From positions 32,001 through 96,000 of the forward strand of contig JAXMOL010000015.1 of the NCBI GenBank assembly GCA_034669905.1: a DNA stretch of 64,000 bases, given 5' to 3'. Origin of the DNA: Candidatus Hydrogenedentota bacterium (GTDB lineage Bacteria; Hydrogenedentota; Hydrogenedentia; Hydrogenedentales; JAEUWI01). Position numbers and translations under genes: made by a program. Positions 49,054 through 58,843 of this stretch are shown here, in pieces. Within the stretch, counting starts at the first letter, position 1. Each line of letters starts with the position of its first letter. The notes beneath the pieces are model-generated. The model made no database searches, had not been told where the DNA came from, and saw nothing but the letters and a program-made list of their open reading frames with translations.

Positions 49054-50637
49054 TCAGGATTCCTCCTTTCCGTGATAGGGGTGCTTGTCGGGTACCAGCA
49101 GGGAACCAACAATCATGCAGATAACCGCCAACGTGACGGTTCCAAGTCCGACCCGCTCGCTACTGAAGGTGACGTGAAAAAGGTCAATACGATCCGCACT
49201 GTATCCCAGCGCACCCAACAGGATTCCCTGCACGGCGGGCAATCCCAATACATTGAGTCCTCCCGCACACAAGGCACAAATGGCGCCAAACCTGCTCGCA
49301 GGCTTCCAATAGAGCCCGGCAGCCAGAAGGGCGAAAGCACCGATAAAGTAGATTCCTCCGGTGACCGCCATGAAGTCCCAGAGGTCGGCCTTGAGGGGAT
49401 AGACGAAACTGATAAAGAGAATAAGCAGGCCGATGGCCACGACGAAGAACCGCGTCAGCAACACCGCGCCCTTATCGGAGAGCTTTTCGCCCAATAGCGG
49501 CTTGGCCACATCGTTGGTGAGCACCGAACTCCAGCAGAGCAGATAGCTGTCGTGGGTGGACATGAATGCGGCGATCATGGCCGCTGTCAGCAGGCCGATA
49601 ATCCCCACGGGAAGAATCTGGCCCAGGAAAACAGGCATGGCATAGAGGGAGTCCAGGGTGGTGGCCCCATCTTCTCCCCCGATGAAAGCCGCCTTGAGTG
49701 CGGGGATGCCCATGATGAACACAAAGGCACAGATACCCCAGAAATAGGGGATGATATTACGAATCGCAAAGGTAATCGAAGAAAACATGAACTGCTTCTT
49801 CACCGACGCTTCCGATTCCGCAGCCAGGGCCCGCGCCACCGCGGTGGGCCACAGGGCGCAGTTGACCAACCCGAGGAAAGCCATCCACATCACGTAATCG
49901 AAGCCGAAGCTACTGCCCTCCGCCACGGGGTTGAAGGCCACTTCCCCCTTCTCCGCAATGATCACGTCGAAGATGTGTCCCCAGCCCAGGTGATAGATTG
50001 CCAGCCCCGTCGCCAGGAAGAGCCCGAAGGATAGGACCACGAATTGGACATAGTCCGTGAGAATCACGGAAACCATCCCGCCCATGACGGTGTAGAACAG
50101 TACCAACCCGAGTAAGACGACCATAACCACGGTCAATGCGGATTCGTTCTGCATCCCGGTGATGCCCACGATGAACATGGAGCCGGCCTTCAAGAACATG
50201 CCCATGTTAAAAATGCCGCCGAAGGCGAGCATGACACCGCCGAAAATCTGGACACCCTTCCCATAACGTCGGCCGTAGTATTCGGGAATCGTGAGCACCT
50301 CTTCACGGCGCAGGCGGGTAACAATAAAGCCGGTCACACCAATAAAGAGTGCCAGGAGGCCGGATATCAGTCCAATATGAAAGGCGGCAAAGCCCCCGGT
50401 GAAGCCTTTCTGGGCACTGTACATCACAGTAACCAGCCCCATCTCCGTGCCGGTCAGGGTGGCGACGCCCAGGGCCGTGCGCACGCCTCGGCCAGCCACG
50501 ATATAGTCGCTGAGGTTACCCACGTAACGGTTGGCGAAGATGCCAATGCCCACGGACAGCACGAGGTAAATCGTGACGACCCCCCAGTCCACGGCAGAAA
50601 AGTTGGTATCGGCGATAACGCTTGTCAATAACTCCAT
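49054..50637 (-). CDS. Sodium:solute symporter family transporter
   Basis: DYIVAGR, TIPEY, GGMVSVILTDYVQ, AAFMSTHDS; many TMs. Confidence 0.92.
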   Translation of the reverse strand: MELLTSVIADTNFSAVDWGVVTIYLVLSVGIGIFANRYVGNLSDYIVAGRGVRTALGVATLTGTEMGLVTVMYSAQKGFTGGFAAFHIGLISGLLALFIGVTGFIVTRLRREEVLTIPEYYGRRYGKGVQIFGGVMLAFGGIFNMGMFLKAGSMFIVGITGMQNESALTVVMVVLLGLVLFYTVMGGMVSVILTDYVQFVVLSFGLFLATGLAIYHLGWGHIFDVIIAEKGEVAFNPVAEGSSFGFDYVMWMAFLGLVNCALWPTAVARALAAESEASVKKQFMFSSITFAIRNIIPYFWGICAFVFIMGIPALKAAFIGGEDGATTLDSLYAMPVFLGQILPVGIIGLLTAAMIAAFMSTHDSYLLCWSSVLTNDVAKPLLGEKLSDKGAVLLTRFFVVAIGLLILFISFVYPLKADLWDFMAVTGGIYFIGAFALLAAGLYWKPASRFGAICALCAGGLNVLGLPAVQGILLGALGYSADRIDLFHVTFSSERVGLGTVTLAVICMIVGSLLVPDKHPYHGKEES

Positions 50638-51103
50638 GGGGCCGTAATTCTCCTTCCAGCCTGTCTGTTCCCACTCGTCACCTGTTGGACGGACCGGGTC
50701 ACTATGCCGTCTTTTCCCGGGCAATGCAAGATTTCTGTTACGGCAAAGTGAAGGATTGGCTCGCAGAAACTGGACGACCTGCCCAGCCTCCCCTACCAAG
50801 GCATCCGATAGGCGGTTTCCCTACGAGGCGATACCGTGCTACTCGCGCTTTCCTGTGTGCGGTGCTCATGTGACGTGGGCACATCACGGATATTCGCGTT
50901 CGGATGCCCTCCCCTCGGTTGCCATGAGATGGGAACGTTTCCTTCCCTCCGCGCGCACGAAACCTCGTTGTGCACGGCATCGCGTGGCACAAGACGAAGC
51001 GTCGTGGTCGCTATACCCCTGGGATCAAAAAGGCCCTAAATGGGCGAAGATTCATCTCGGACATTTTCCAGGTCATTCGGTTGCCATCTTAAAGATTTGG
51101 GGC

Positions 51104-51194
51104 TTGGGAGCGCAGGCGGCTCGCCTGCATTACGTCGAAGACGTAAGAACTACTTGCCTTCGGCCCGAGGCAGGCGGGCCGCCTGCGCTCCCAA
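51104..51194. repeat. Inverted REP doublet (family B)
   Basis: TTGGGAGCGCAGGCGGCTCGCCTGC...GCAGGCGGGCCGCCTGCGCTCCCAA. Confidence 0.85.
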
Positions 51195-51314
51195 ATGTCA
51201 AAGACTTCTTTAATCAATAGTGGCCAAGCCGAACGTCCGTTGGCCTTTTGCAGGCACTTGCAGGCGCTGTCGTAACGAACGAGTTGGATTTGATCGAGGT
51301 CTACCTTCGCTTAT

Positions 51315-54290
51315 TCAGTTGGAAATCCAGACGGCGCCGTAGGGTGGGATTTCGATGGTGGCCTCGATATCCTTGTACACGGTGCCGCTGAGCAGGTCAC
51401 GCCACGTGTCGGTCGCAATGAGGTTAAGCTCCACCATGGGGATTTTTTGCACCCGGTCCGACACGTTGTGGAGGGCAAAAATGTTTTGATGCCGGGAACG
51501 GCTCTCCCGCCAGAAGGCAAAGACTTCGGTGCCGAAGTGAAGGGTGTATTGGGTCGCATTGGGGTGGAAGGCTTCCTGATTGCGCCGAATATTGATACGC
51601 CGCTTGAGTTCGTCCAGCACCGCACGGTGGTGACGGGTGGGATCCGCCAAGGCTTCTTCCAGGTCTTCGGCCTGCCAACGACGCCGATTGATGGAGCGGG
51701 CACGCCCGGTCTCGGCCGCAAGTGCATAGTCATTTTCTGTGCCGAGCAGGCTGTGTATGTAGATGCCGGGCACGCCCTCCAGGGCCAGCAGTATGGTGTG
51801 GGCACAAATAAATCGGTCCTGCTGAAACGCATCAGGTCCCTGTGAAATCGTGCCCTTCAAGGCATCGTAGAGGGAGATGTTCACCTCGTAGGGCTTGTCT
51901 TCCCCATCGGGCATGCGGCGGGTTGAGACCGTACCGCCAAAGGATTGCAGGGTCTCCAGCAGGGAGGACAACTGGGTGTCACTGAGGAGCCCCTCAGCGG
52001 GCCGCACCCCAATGCCATCATGGGACGCGATAAAATTGAAATAGGTTCGGCCCTGCCGTGCCGGGGGCATGGACATCATCCAGGTCTTCAGGTGGGTGCA
52101 GTCCCCCGTCAGAAAAGCGTTCAGCAGCAGCGGCGGCAAGGAAAAATTATAGATCAGGTGGGCTTCATTTTCGTTGCCGAAGTAGCTCAGGTTTTCCCGA
52201 TTGGGCACGTTGGTTTCGGTGATGATCACCGTCTCGGGCTCGAGGTTTTCGAGTATGAGCCGCAGCAGCTTGATGAGCTCATGGGTCTGGCGCAGATGGA
52301 CACAGGTCGTGCCGGACTCTTTCCAGATGAAGGCGACCGCATCCAAGCGGAAAAGCCGGATACCCCGTCGCAAGTGCTTCCGCAGCACCCGCACCATCTC
52401 ATAGAGCACTTCCGGATTCGAGTAGTTCAGGTCGACCTGATCCTCGCCGAAAGTACACCACACCTCCCGCTCGCCATTGACCGTTTTCACCTTGGTGAGC
52501 AAGGGCGTCGAGCGCGGACGCACCACCTGGGTCAAATCGTCGTCTGGCCCGGGCTCGATAAAATAGCCCCGCCCGGGGTCTTTGTCTTGGAGGTAGTTTT
52601 GAAACCATAGGCTCTGTCGAGAACAGTGGTTCAAGACCAGATCGGACATGAGCTTGAAGTCGTTACCAATACGCTCGATGTCTTCCCAGCTGCCCAGGTC
52701 GGGATTCACGGCGTGGTAGTCGATGATAGAAAAGCCGTCGTCCGAGCTATAGGGAAAGAAGGGAAGGACGTGCACGCCACTGAGGGTGTCTTTCAACTCG
52801 CGCCGTAAGAACCGGTGCAGGGTCTTGAGGGGTGCCTCTCCCTCTTTGAGCAACGTATCACCGTAGGTAATGGTCAACACATCCGTCTGATTCCACTTAT
52901 TCACCCCTCCCGTAGAGCTGGTGGCGTAGCCCTGAATCTCGGACTCTTTCAACAGGGTATCGGTAACGGTCTCGACCTGATCCGGGCCGTAGATTTCTTC
53001 CACATGGCGCTCGACCCGCTGGCGAAGCCGTTGGGCGTCGGGGTGGCGCGTGGGATCGGCCACATTGGTGGAACCGAACTCCTGGGCATCGGCCTCCACC
53101 GCACGGACCAACTGTTGGTAAATATCTGGCATTGCCGAGATAACCCGCTTCCAACTCGGCATGAAGGGCGCCTCCATGGACTTCGTCAAAAAGTCCTGGC
53201 CGGCCTCCATAATGTTTTGGGAGAAGAGCTCGATGGCCTGAATCTCACTGTGCCGATCGTAGCGCAGCCCATTGAAAACCGCGTCATTCTCATAGCTCTC
53301 CACCAGGTCGATGGCAATGCGGTAGTAAGACGCCTTGATCGTCCGAATACGTTCGGCGGAAAACACTTCGCCCTGGGTAGCCATCTTCCGGAAGAGCGAC
53401 TTGGCAATATCGCTGCTCATGCGGGACAGGCCTTTGGCCTTGTCTTCCAGCGACAAATCCTGGTGCTTGTGGTCATAGGTGTCGGCCACATCGACCTGAC
53501 AAATCTGGCTGGTGGCATAGTTACGGTACATCTCGGAAAGGATGCCCATTTCCAGGCCCCAGTCGGACGGGATGTGAATATCTTCAATGACGTCGCGCTG
53601 CAGGGCAAATTCACCGGCCAGGGCATAGCGAAAGCTGTCGAGGTAATCGAGGTAACGGTTTTGTCCGCACACCGTACCCAGGGCCCGCACGAGGGGCGTG
53701 ACCAGGAGGCGACAGACCCGCCCATGCATGGACTGATTGGCGATGCGCGAGTAGTAGCCCTTACAGAACTTATAGCTGAAACGGGGATTGGCCACCGGGT
53801 AAATCAGCCGGGCGAGCATGTCGCGCTTATAGGTCACAATATCGCAGTCATGGAGCGCAACGGACTTGGCCTTGCCGGTGGCTAGGATGTAGCCAAACAT
53901 GTACCACACATTACGACCCTTGCCCGGCTCTTTGGGCGCGAGCCCGTGGGATTGGAGCAGTGCATCGATGGCGCGGAGGCGGGGGCCGTCATTCCACAAG
54001 ACCGTGGGACGCTGGGGCAAGCGATTGAAGAATTCGAGGGCATGTCGGAACTGACTCTCGTCGGCGCGGTCGAGTCCGATGACGAGCTGGTCGAGGTAGG
54101 ACACTTTGCACAATTCATCGACAATGGACGAAAGCGCGGGCCCCTCCAACTCGGAGTAGAGCGACGGTAAGATAAGCGCCATGGGGTCGGTCTTTCGAAT
54201 CTCGAGGAGTTCCGTCTCCAGATCTTCGAGGGACCGGGTGTTCAGCTGGTGCAGTGCGGTGACGATACCGTGTTGATGAAAATCCGCCAT
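51315..54290 (-). CDS. Fusion of a glucosyl-3-phosphoglycerate synthase-like GT and a GH13_18 glucosylglycerate phosphorylase-like domain
   Basis: N-half MADFHQ, PGKGRNVW, HDCDI, YALAGEF, DWGLE, YDHKHQ; C-half ITYGD, SSDDGF, RLDAV, TETN, SHDGIG, PYEVN. Confidence 0.88.
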   Translation of the reverse strand: MADFHQHGIVTALHQLNTRSLEDLETELLEIRKTDPMALILPSLYSELEGPALSSIVDELCKVSYLDQLVIGLDRADESQFRHALEFFNRLPQRPTVLWNDGPRLRAIDALLQSHGLAPKEPGKGRNVWYMFGYILATGKAKSVALHDCDIVTYKRDMLARLIYPVANPRFSYKFCKGYYSRIANQSMHGRVCRLLVTPLVRALGTVCGQNRYLDYLDSFRYALAGEFALQRDVIEDIHIPSDWGLEMGILSEMYRNYATSQICQVDVADTYDHKHQDLSLEDKAKGLSRMSSDIAKSLFRKMATQGEVFSAERIRTIKASYYRIAIDLVESYENDAVFNGLRYDRHSEIQAIELFSQNIMEAGQDFLTKSMEAPFMPSWKRVISAMPDIYQQLVRAVEADAQEFGSTNVADPTRHPDAQRLRQRVERHVEEIYGPDQVETVTDTLLKESEIQGYATSSTGGVNKWNQTDVLTITYGDTLLKEGEAPLKTLHRFLRRELKDTLSGVHVLPFFPYSSDDGFSIIDYHAVNPDLGSWEDIERIGNDFKLMSDLVLNHCSRQSLWFQNYLQDKDPGRGYFIEPGPDDDLTQVVRPRSTPLLTKVKTVNGEREVWCTFGEDQVDLNYSNPEVLYEMVRVLRKHLRRGIRLFRLDAVAFIWKESGTTCVHLRQTHELIKLLRLILENLEPETVIITETNVPNRENLSYFGNENEAHLIYNFSLPPLLLNAFLTGDCTHLKTWMMSMPPARQGRTYFNFIASHDGIGVRPAEGLLSDTQLSSLLETLQSFGGTVSTRRMPDGEDKPYEVNISLYDALKGTISQGPDAFQQDRFICAHTILLALEGVPGIYIHSLLGTENDYALAAETGRARSINRRRWQAEDLEEALADPTRHHRAVLDELKRRINIRRNQEAFHPNATQYTLHFGTEVFAFWRESRSRHQNIFALHNVSDRVQKIPMVELNLIATDTWRDLLSGTVYKDIEATIEIPPYGAVWISN

Positions 54291-54302
54291 GGTGATAGGT
54301 TC

Positions 54303-55169
54303 CTAGACATGGTGTTGATACGGCTCAAGGAGTTGCAGCAGGGCCTGATTCCATCCGGTGGGTCCCGGTTCCGACGCGTGAATGATGCGCGGCGCGGTGG
54401 GTGTTAAGCCCGCCGGGTGGCGTGGATTGGGAATGACGACGGCAGTATGGGCCGCCGAGAGCATCTCCAAATCGTTGGGGCTATCGCCCAGGGCCACCAC
54501 GTGCCATTCCATGTCTGGATTCAGTTCCTGATAAAGTTCTACTACCCGTTTTAAACCCATTGCCTTGTCTATGTTGCCCATGAGGTGAATGAATCGGCCA
54601 CCCTTGATCGTGCGGACCCCTTCCGCCTTCAGCTCCGACTCGAAACGCTCCCACAGCGCCTCCTCGTCGTGCCAGAGGATCGGCTCCGTCGCCAGACGGG
54701 CCATGGAATGGGTCGCTTGTGCGACGTTCAATCCGGTGTGTTCAATAACCTGTTCTACCGACCAATCGGCGAAGCCCTCAAACTGATAGCCTTCCCGCTG
54801 ACGGAGTCTATGGGCGTGGTCCACGATGGCTTTCCGCGTCAACCCGTTAAACTCGATGCCGTAGGGCCCCACCTGCTCCGTCCCAAAAGGAGCGGCAGAC
54901 ACATTGGCTTCGGGTGGCACGGCCACGACCGCACCATTTTCCGCGATGAGGGGTGCGTTGGTGCCCAGTTCAGCGGCAATACCCGTCATCTCATCGAGGG
55001 TCTTGCTCGAACTCAAGACCAGGGGAAAACCCAAGGCGGCGAGGAGCCCCAGGGCCGGCCTGGCGGCCTCCCAGGAATAGGCGTCATCGAGCAGGGTGCC
55101 GTCCAGGTCACTGAAGACAAGAAGGCCCGGATGGATGGAAGAAAGGTCTGGTTCCGGTAATACATTCAT
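54303..55169 (-). CDS. HAD-IIB glucosyl/mannosyl-3-phosphoglycerate phosphatase (GpgP/MpgP family)
   Basis: DLDGTLL, SSKT, ENGA, GGRFIH, LGDSPND. Confidence 0.9.
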   Translation of the reverse strand: MNVLPEPDLSSIHPGLLVFSDLDGTLLDDAYSWEAARPALGLLAALGFPLVLSSSKTLDEMTGIAAELGTNAPLIAENGAVVAVPPEANVSAAPFGTEQVGPYGIEFNGLTRKAIVDHAHRLRQREGYQFEGFADWSVEQVIEHTGLNVAQATHSMARLATEPILWHDEEALWERFESELKAEGVRTIKGGRFIHLMGNIDKAMGLKRVVELYQELNPDMEWHVVALGDSPNDLEMLSAAHTAVVIPNPRHPAGLTPTAPRIIHASEPGPTGWNQALLQLLEPYQHHV

Positions 55170-55258
55170 CGGCACTATTGTAGCCGACCGGGCCGGGTGA
55201 AGGGTAACTCGTGGCGGGTAACGGGGTGGTATGCAGTCTGCCCCCCCGCATGCACCAC

Positions 55259-55444
55259 GGGTGCCACCCTCAAGCGGAGGAGGGAAGCGGGGGAAGCTTG
55301 TGGGTGAGAATCATAACTTCACGTCCATCCCCCACATATCACCTTCCGTAGAGTCCAGAAAGACACGTCTACTCACATAACCGCAGTCCACCCCACACTC
55401 ACAAGCTCCCGCCGCAGGGCGGCGCTCGCTTGAGGGTGGCACCC
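55259..55444. repeat. Empty inverted REP doublet (REPIN-like, family A)
   Basis: GGGTGCCACCCTCAAGCG...GCTTGTGGGTG (55259-55306) and an inverted copy (55396-55444). Confidence 0.9.
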
Positions 55445-55535
55445 CGGAGACATGAATAATGGTCGAGCTATGCAATGAGCCAATATGTCTCTAACCAAAA
55501 GACAAACACCTCTTGGCTTCCATCAAAGCAACTGC

Positions 55536-56305
55536 GGGTGCCACCCTCAAGCGGAGGAGCGAAGCGGGGGAAGCTTGTGGGTGCGTGTCTGCACGTCAGC
55601 TCAGTTCCTTCAAAACGGAAAAGAGTCCAAATCCAATCGCAAGAGCCCCGAGCCCGCCTCCTCCCACTCACGGGCACTCGACCACACCCAGTCTTCCGGG
55701 GATACAACCAACTCACGGCGCACAGGATTGTTGTGGATATAGTTCACCATGAATTCCAACGTTTCGGTCTTGAGTACGTTTCGGTCATAGCCCGGCCCGT
55801 CCATCCAGAAGGCATAGGGCGTATCAGGCATTCCGGTGGCGAGCAGTCTTAACCCCTCTGGATTATGGCGACGAAGGTAGTTGATAGCTTTTCGTGCCAC
55901 AGATTGCTTAAAGGATTTTAGTAAGGCCGACATGTCATATTTGTCTGGGCGGGGAAAAACGATTAGATGCACATGCTCGGGCATGATGACGTAGGCCCAA
56001 AGGTCGAAATCGTATTGCTTGGGAAACCTTTTTAGCGCATCAATGACGTATTGGCGGGTCCTGTCTTTGCTGAGGAATTTTCGATACTGGAAGCACGTAA
56101 AGGTAAGCTCGTGTGGCTCACCGGGTGTATTAAAAGTAGTTCTGGTCTTTCGGTGATGTGAGTCGTTCATAGCCTGCCCCTGAATGATAATCTCGCGTGC
56201 TCCAACGCTACCACAATTTTACGTGTGAGAGTATCCAGTGTATCTAGCTCGCTCCACACCCACAAGCTCCCGCCGCGGGGCGGCTCTCGCTTGAGGGTGG
56301 CACCC
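55536..56305. mobile_element. RAYT element bounded by inverted family A REPs
   Basis: REPs at 55536-55583 and 56257-56305 enclose the transposase gene. Confidence 0.85.
55610..56170 (-). CDS. REP-associated tyrosine transposase (HUH/Y1)
   Basis: HELTFTC, MPEHVHL (HUH), YIHNNP (catalytic Tyr), WSS; lower GC than flanks. Confidence 0.92.
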   Translation of the reverse strand: MNDSHHRKTRTTFNTPGEPHELTFTCFQYRKFLSKDRTRQYVIDALKRFPKQYDFDLWAYVIMPEHVHLIVFPRPDKYDMSALLKSFKQSVARKAINYLRRHNPEGLRLLATGMPDTPYAFWMDGPGYDRNVLKTETLEFMVNYIHNNPVRRELVVSPEDWVWSSAREWEEAGSGLLRLDLDSFPF

Positions 56306-56464
56306 CAAAGACGTGAAGGATTCAGTTAAGTCATGAAAAGGGCGGTTACCTCGCTGGACGCAGCACTGACTTCCCAAGGTCGCCTATCAAACCAACCACG
56401 GCTACCCTGCCGGCGGGCCGCCGGCGCTCCATAGGATTGCTCTTGACGACCTCAAGCGTTTCCG

Positions 56465-57514
56465 CTACCCCACGATCTCCCGCAAGGCCGTGAGCAGCTC
56501 GTTGCATTCGTCATCGGTACCGATAGTAATGCGGAGGGCATTCTCCAGGCGGCGGTGGTCGAAATAACGGACCAAAATTCCCCGCTCGCGGAGTTGCTGA
56601 AAAATTTCTTTGGCGGTGGGTGTACCGTTCCAATGGGCCAGCACGAAGTTGGTCTGGGAATCGGGCACGTCGAAGCCGAGGGTAATCAGTTCCTGACGGA
56701 CGCGCTCGCGGGTAACGCAGACGGCCCCGGCATTCATTTCCATGTGGGCGTAGTCGTCCATGGCCATAAGCCCCACCAACTGGCTGATGGCATTCATGTT
56801 GTAGGAGTCTTTGGTCTTGGCGAATTCGGCCATGATGTCGGGGTTGGCGACGGCTGTACCAATACGCATGCCCGCCAGACTGAAGGACTTGGAAAAGGTC
56901 CGCATCACGATGGCATTGTCGAAGCGCTGGGGAAAATCCATACAGCTGTCGTCGGCAAAGTCCACGTAGGCCTCGTCAATGACCACGATACCGTCGAACT
57001 CGGTGCACAGGCGCTCTACCGACTCCCGGGGCACGGCCACGCCGGTGGGGGCATTGGGCCGGGTCAGGAGACACAAACGGGCGGGCGTGTTGTAGAATTC
57101 CTCGGTGAGTTGATAGTCCTCATCGAGGTCCACATAGGTCAACGCACAGCCATGGAGCTGGCAAAGGATTTCATAGAGCGAATAGGTCGGGTAGGTGGCC
57201 AGCACCGCATCGCCGGGATCCACAAAGGTCCGCAACACGAGGGCGAGCAACTCATCCATGCCGTTGCCGATGACGACCCAATCGGGGCTGTCGTAACCAT
57301 AGCGGGCCGCACAGATCTCACGGAGCTGGGTCGACACGGGGTCGGGATATTTCCGCAACCACTCGGGGTCGAATTTCTCAAAGACTTCGGCCACGCGGGG
57401 GGACGGCGGATAGGGATTCTCGTTGGTGTTCAGCTTAATGAGCCGTTGCCCCCGGGGCTGCTCGCCGGGCACATAGCCGTGGACGTCTTTCAAAATATCG
57501 CGGCCATACTTCAC
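56465..57514 (-). CDS. hisC: Histidinol-phosphate aminotransferase
   Basis: KLNTNENPY, PNAPTG, DEAY, RTFSKSFSLAGMRIG. Confidence 0.95.
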   Translation of the reverse strand: MKYGRDILKDVHGYVPGEQPRGQRLIKLNTNENPYPPSPRVAEVFEKFDPEWLRKYPDPVSTQLREICAARYGYDSPDWVVIGNGMDELLALVLRTFVDPGDAVLATYPTYSLYEILCQLHGCALTYVDLDEDYQLTEEFYNTPARLCLLTRPNAPTGVAVPRESVERLCTEFDGIVVIDEAYVDFADDSCMDFPQRFDNAIVMRTFSKSFSLAGMRIGTAVANPDIMAEFAKTKDSYNMNAISQLVGLMAMDDYAHMEMNAGAVCVTRERVRQELITLGFDVPDSQTNFVLAHWNGTPTAKEIFQQLRERGILVRYFDHRRLENALRITIGTDDECNELLTALREIVG

Positions 57515-58818
57515 GATTGGCGTACCTCAATGGACCGGGCGTGGGCCTGGAGTTCCTCGGCCTCGGCAAATTCACGGATGTCGGCGGCGTCTTTTTCGAG
57601 GCGCTCGCGGGAGTAATACAGCACACTGGTGACCTTGCGGAAATCTTCTGCCGTGAGGGGCGAAGAGAATCGCGCTTTCCGGCCGGTGGGCAGGATGTGA
57701 TTGGGCCCGGCGTAGTAGTCGCCCACGGCCACGGGGGTCATGGGACCGAGCATCATGGCACCGGCGTGTTTGATCTTGTCCACCAGATTGCGGGGATATT
57801 CGACCTGCACACTGAGGTGCTCGGGCGCATAGAGGTTGGTGAGTTCAACCGCTTCTTCCATGGTCCGGGTCTGGATCATAACCCCACAATTCGCGAGGGA
57901 CTGTTCAATAATCGCCTTACGGGGCAACTTGGCCGTCTCTTTCGTGAGACAGGCCGTGACCTCTTCGATGAGGCGCTCGGAGGGGGTAATCAAGACCGCC
58001 GTCGCCTCTTCATCGTGTTCGGCCTGGGCGAGCATTTCGGCCGCCACAAAAGCGGGATTGGCATGGTCATCGGCCAGGACCACCACCTCGGAAGGTCCGG
58101 CTTCACTGTCGATTTCCACGGTGCCCCGCACGAGGGCCTTGGCGGCGGTGACGAAGGTATTGCCCGGACCGGTGATCTTGGTGACTGACGGTATGGTTTC
58201 GGTGCCATAGGCGAGGGCCGCGATGGACTGGGCTCCCCCGACGCGAAAAATTCGTGTGGCACCGGCAATCTTCGCAGCGGCCAGCACGACGGGGTGGATG
58301 GTGCCCTGGTAGGAAGGCGGCGAGACCATGACGATCTCTTTTACGCCGGCCACCCGGGCCGGCACGATATTCATCAAGACGGAGGACGGGTAGAAGGCCT
58401 TGCCACCGGGCACGTAGACGCCGGCACTCTCGATGGCGGTGATGCGTTGCCCTAAGACCGTGCCGTCTTCCTGGGTCTCTTCCCAGGATTCCCGGAGGGA
58501 TTTGCTGTGAAAGCTGCGGATGTTTTCGTGGGCCCGCTCGAGAATCTGACGCATCCGGGGCGCAATAGAGGCCAGGGCCGCATCGATTTCGGCCGGCGTG
58601 ATTTCAAACTGATCGGGCGTCAGGGCCACCCCATCAAAACGCTCGGTAAATTCCGCCAGCGCGGTGTCGCCCTGGGCACGGACCACATCGACGATGCTGC
58701 GCGTTGCATCGAGTTTATCCTGGATATCCTGCCCAACCTGCTGACTGTCGCCGTGCCCCATGACAAAGGTCTTCACCTCCGCCAGGCTGGCGTCATCTCG
58801 CACCACGAATGATTTCAT
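57511..58818 (-). CDS. hisD: Histidinol dehydrogenase
   Basis: YVPGG, GGAQ, GPGN, AGPSE, QAEH, APEHL, GPNHILPT. Confidence 0.97.
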   Translation of the reverse strand: MKSFVVRDDASLAEVKTFVMGHGDSQQVGQDIQDKLDATRSIVDVVRAQGDTALAEFTERFDGVALTPDQFEITPAEIDAALASIAPRMRQILERAHENIRSFHSKSLRESWEETQEDGTVLGQRITAIESAGVYVPGGKAFYPSSVLMNIVPARVAGVKEIVMVSPPSYQGTIHPVVLAAAKIAGATRIFRVGGAQSIAALAYGTETIPSVTKITGPGNTFVTAAKALVRGTVEIDSEAGPSEVVVLADDHANPAFVAAEMLAQAEHDEEATAVLITPSERLIEEVTACLTKETAKLPRKAIIEQSLANCGVMIQTRTMEEAVELTNLYAPEHLSVQVEYPRNLVDKIKHAGAMMLGPMTPVAVGDYYAGPNHILPTGRKARFSSPLTAEDFRKVTSVLYYSRERLEKDAADIREFAEAEELQAHARSIEVRQS

Positions 58819-58843
58819 GCTTATTCCTGTCCTGGCGGTGCGC

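Noticed and set aside
50700..51300. Short ORFs between the symporter and the glucosylglycerate fusion gene
   Set aside because: They overlap repeat elements and lack coding signatures.
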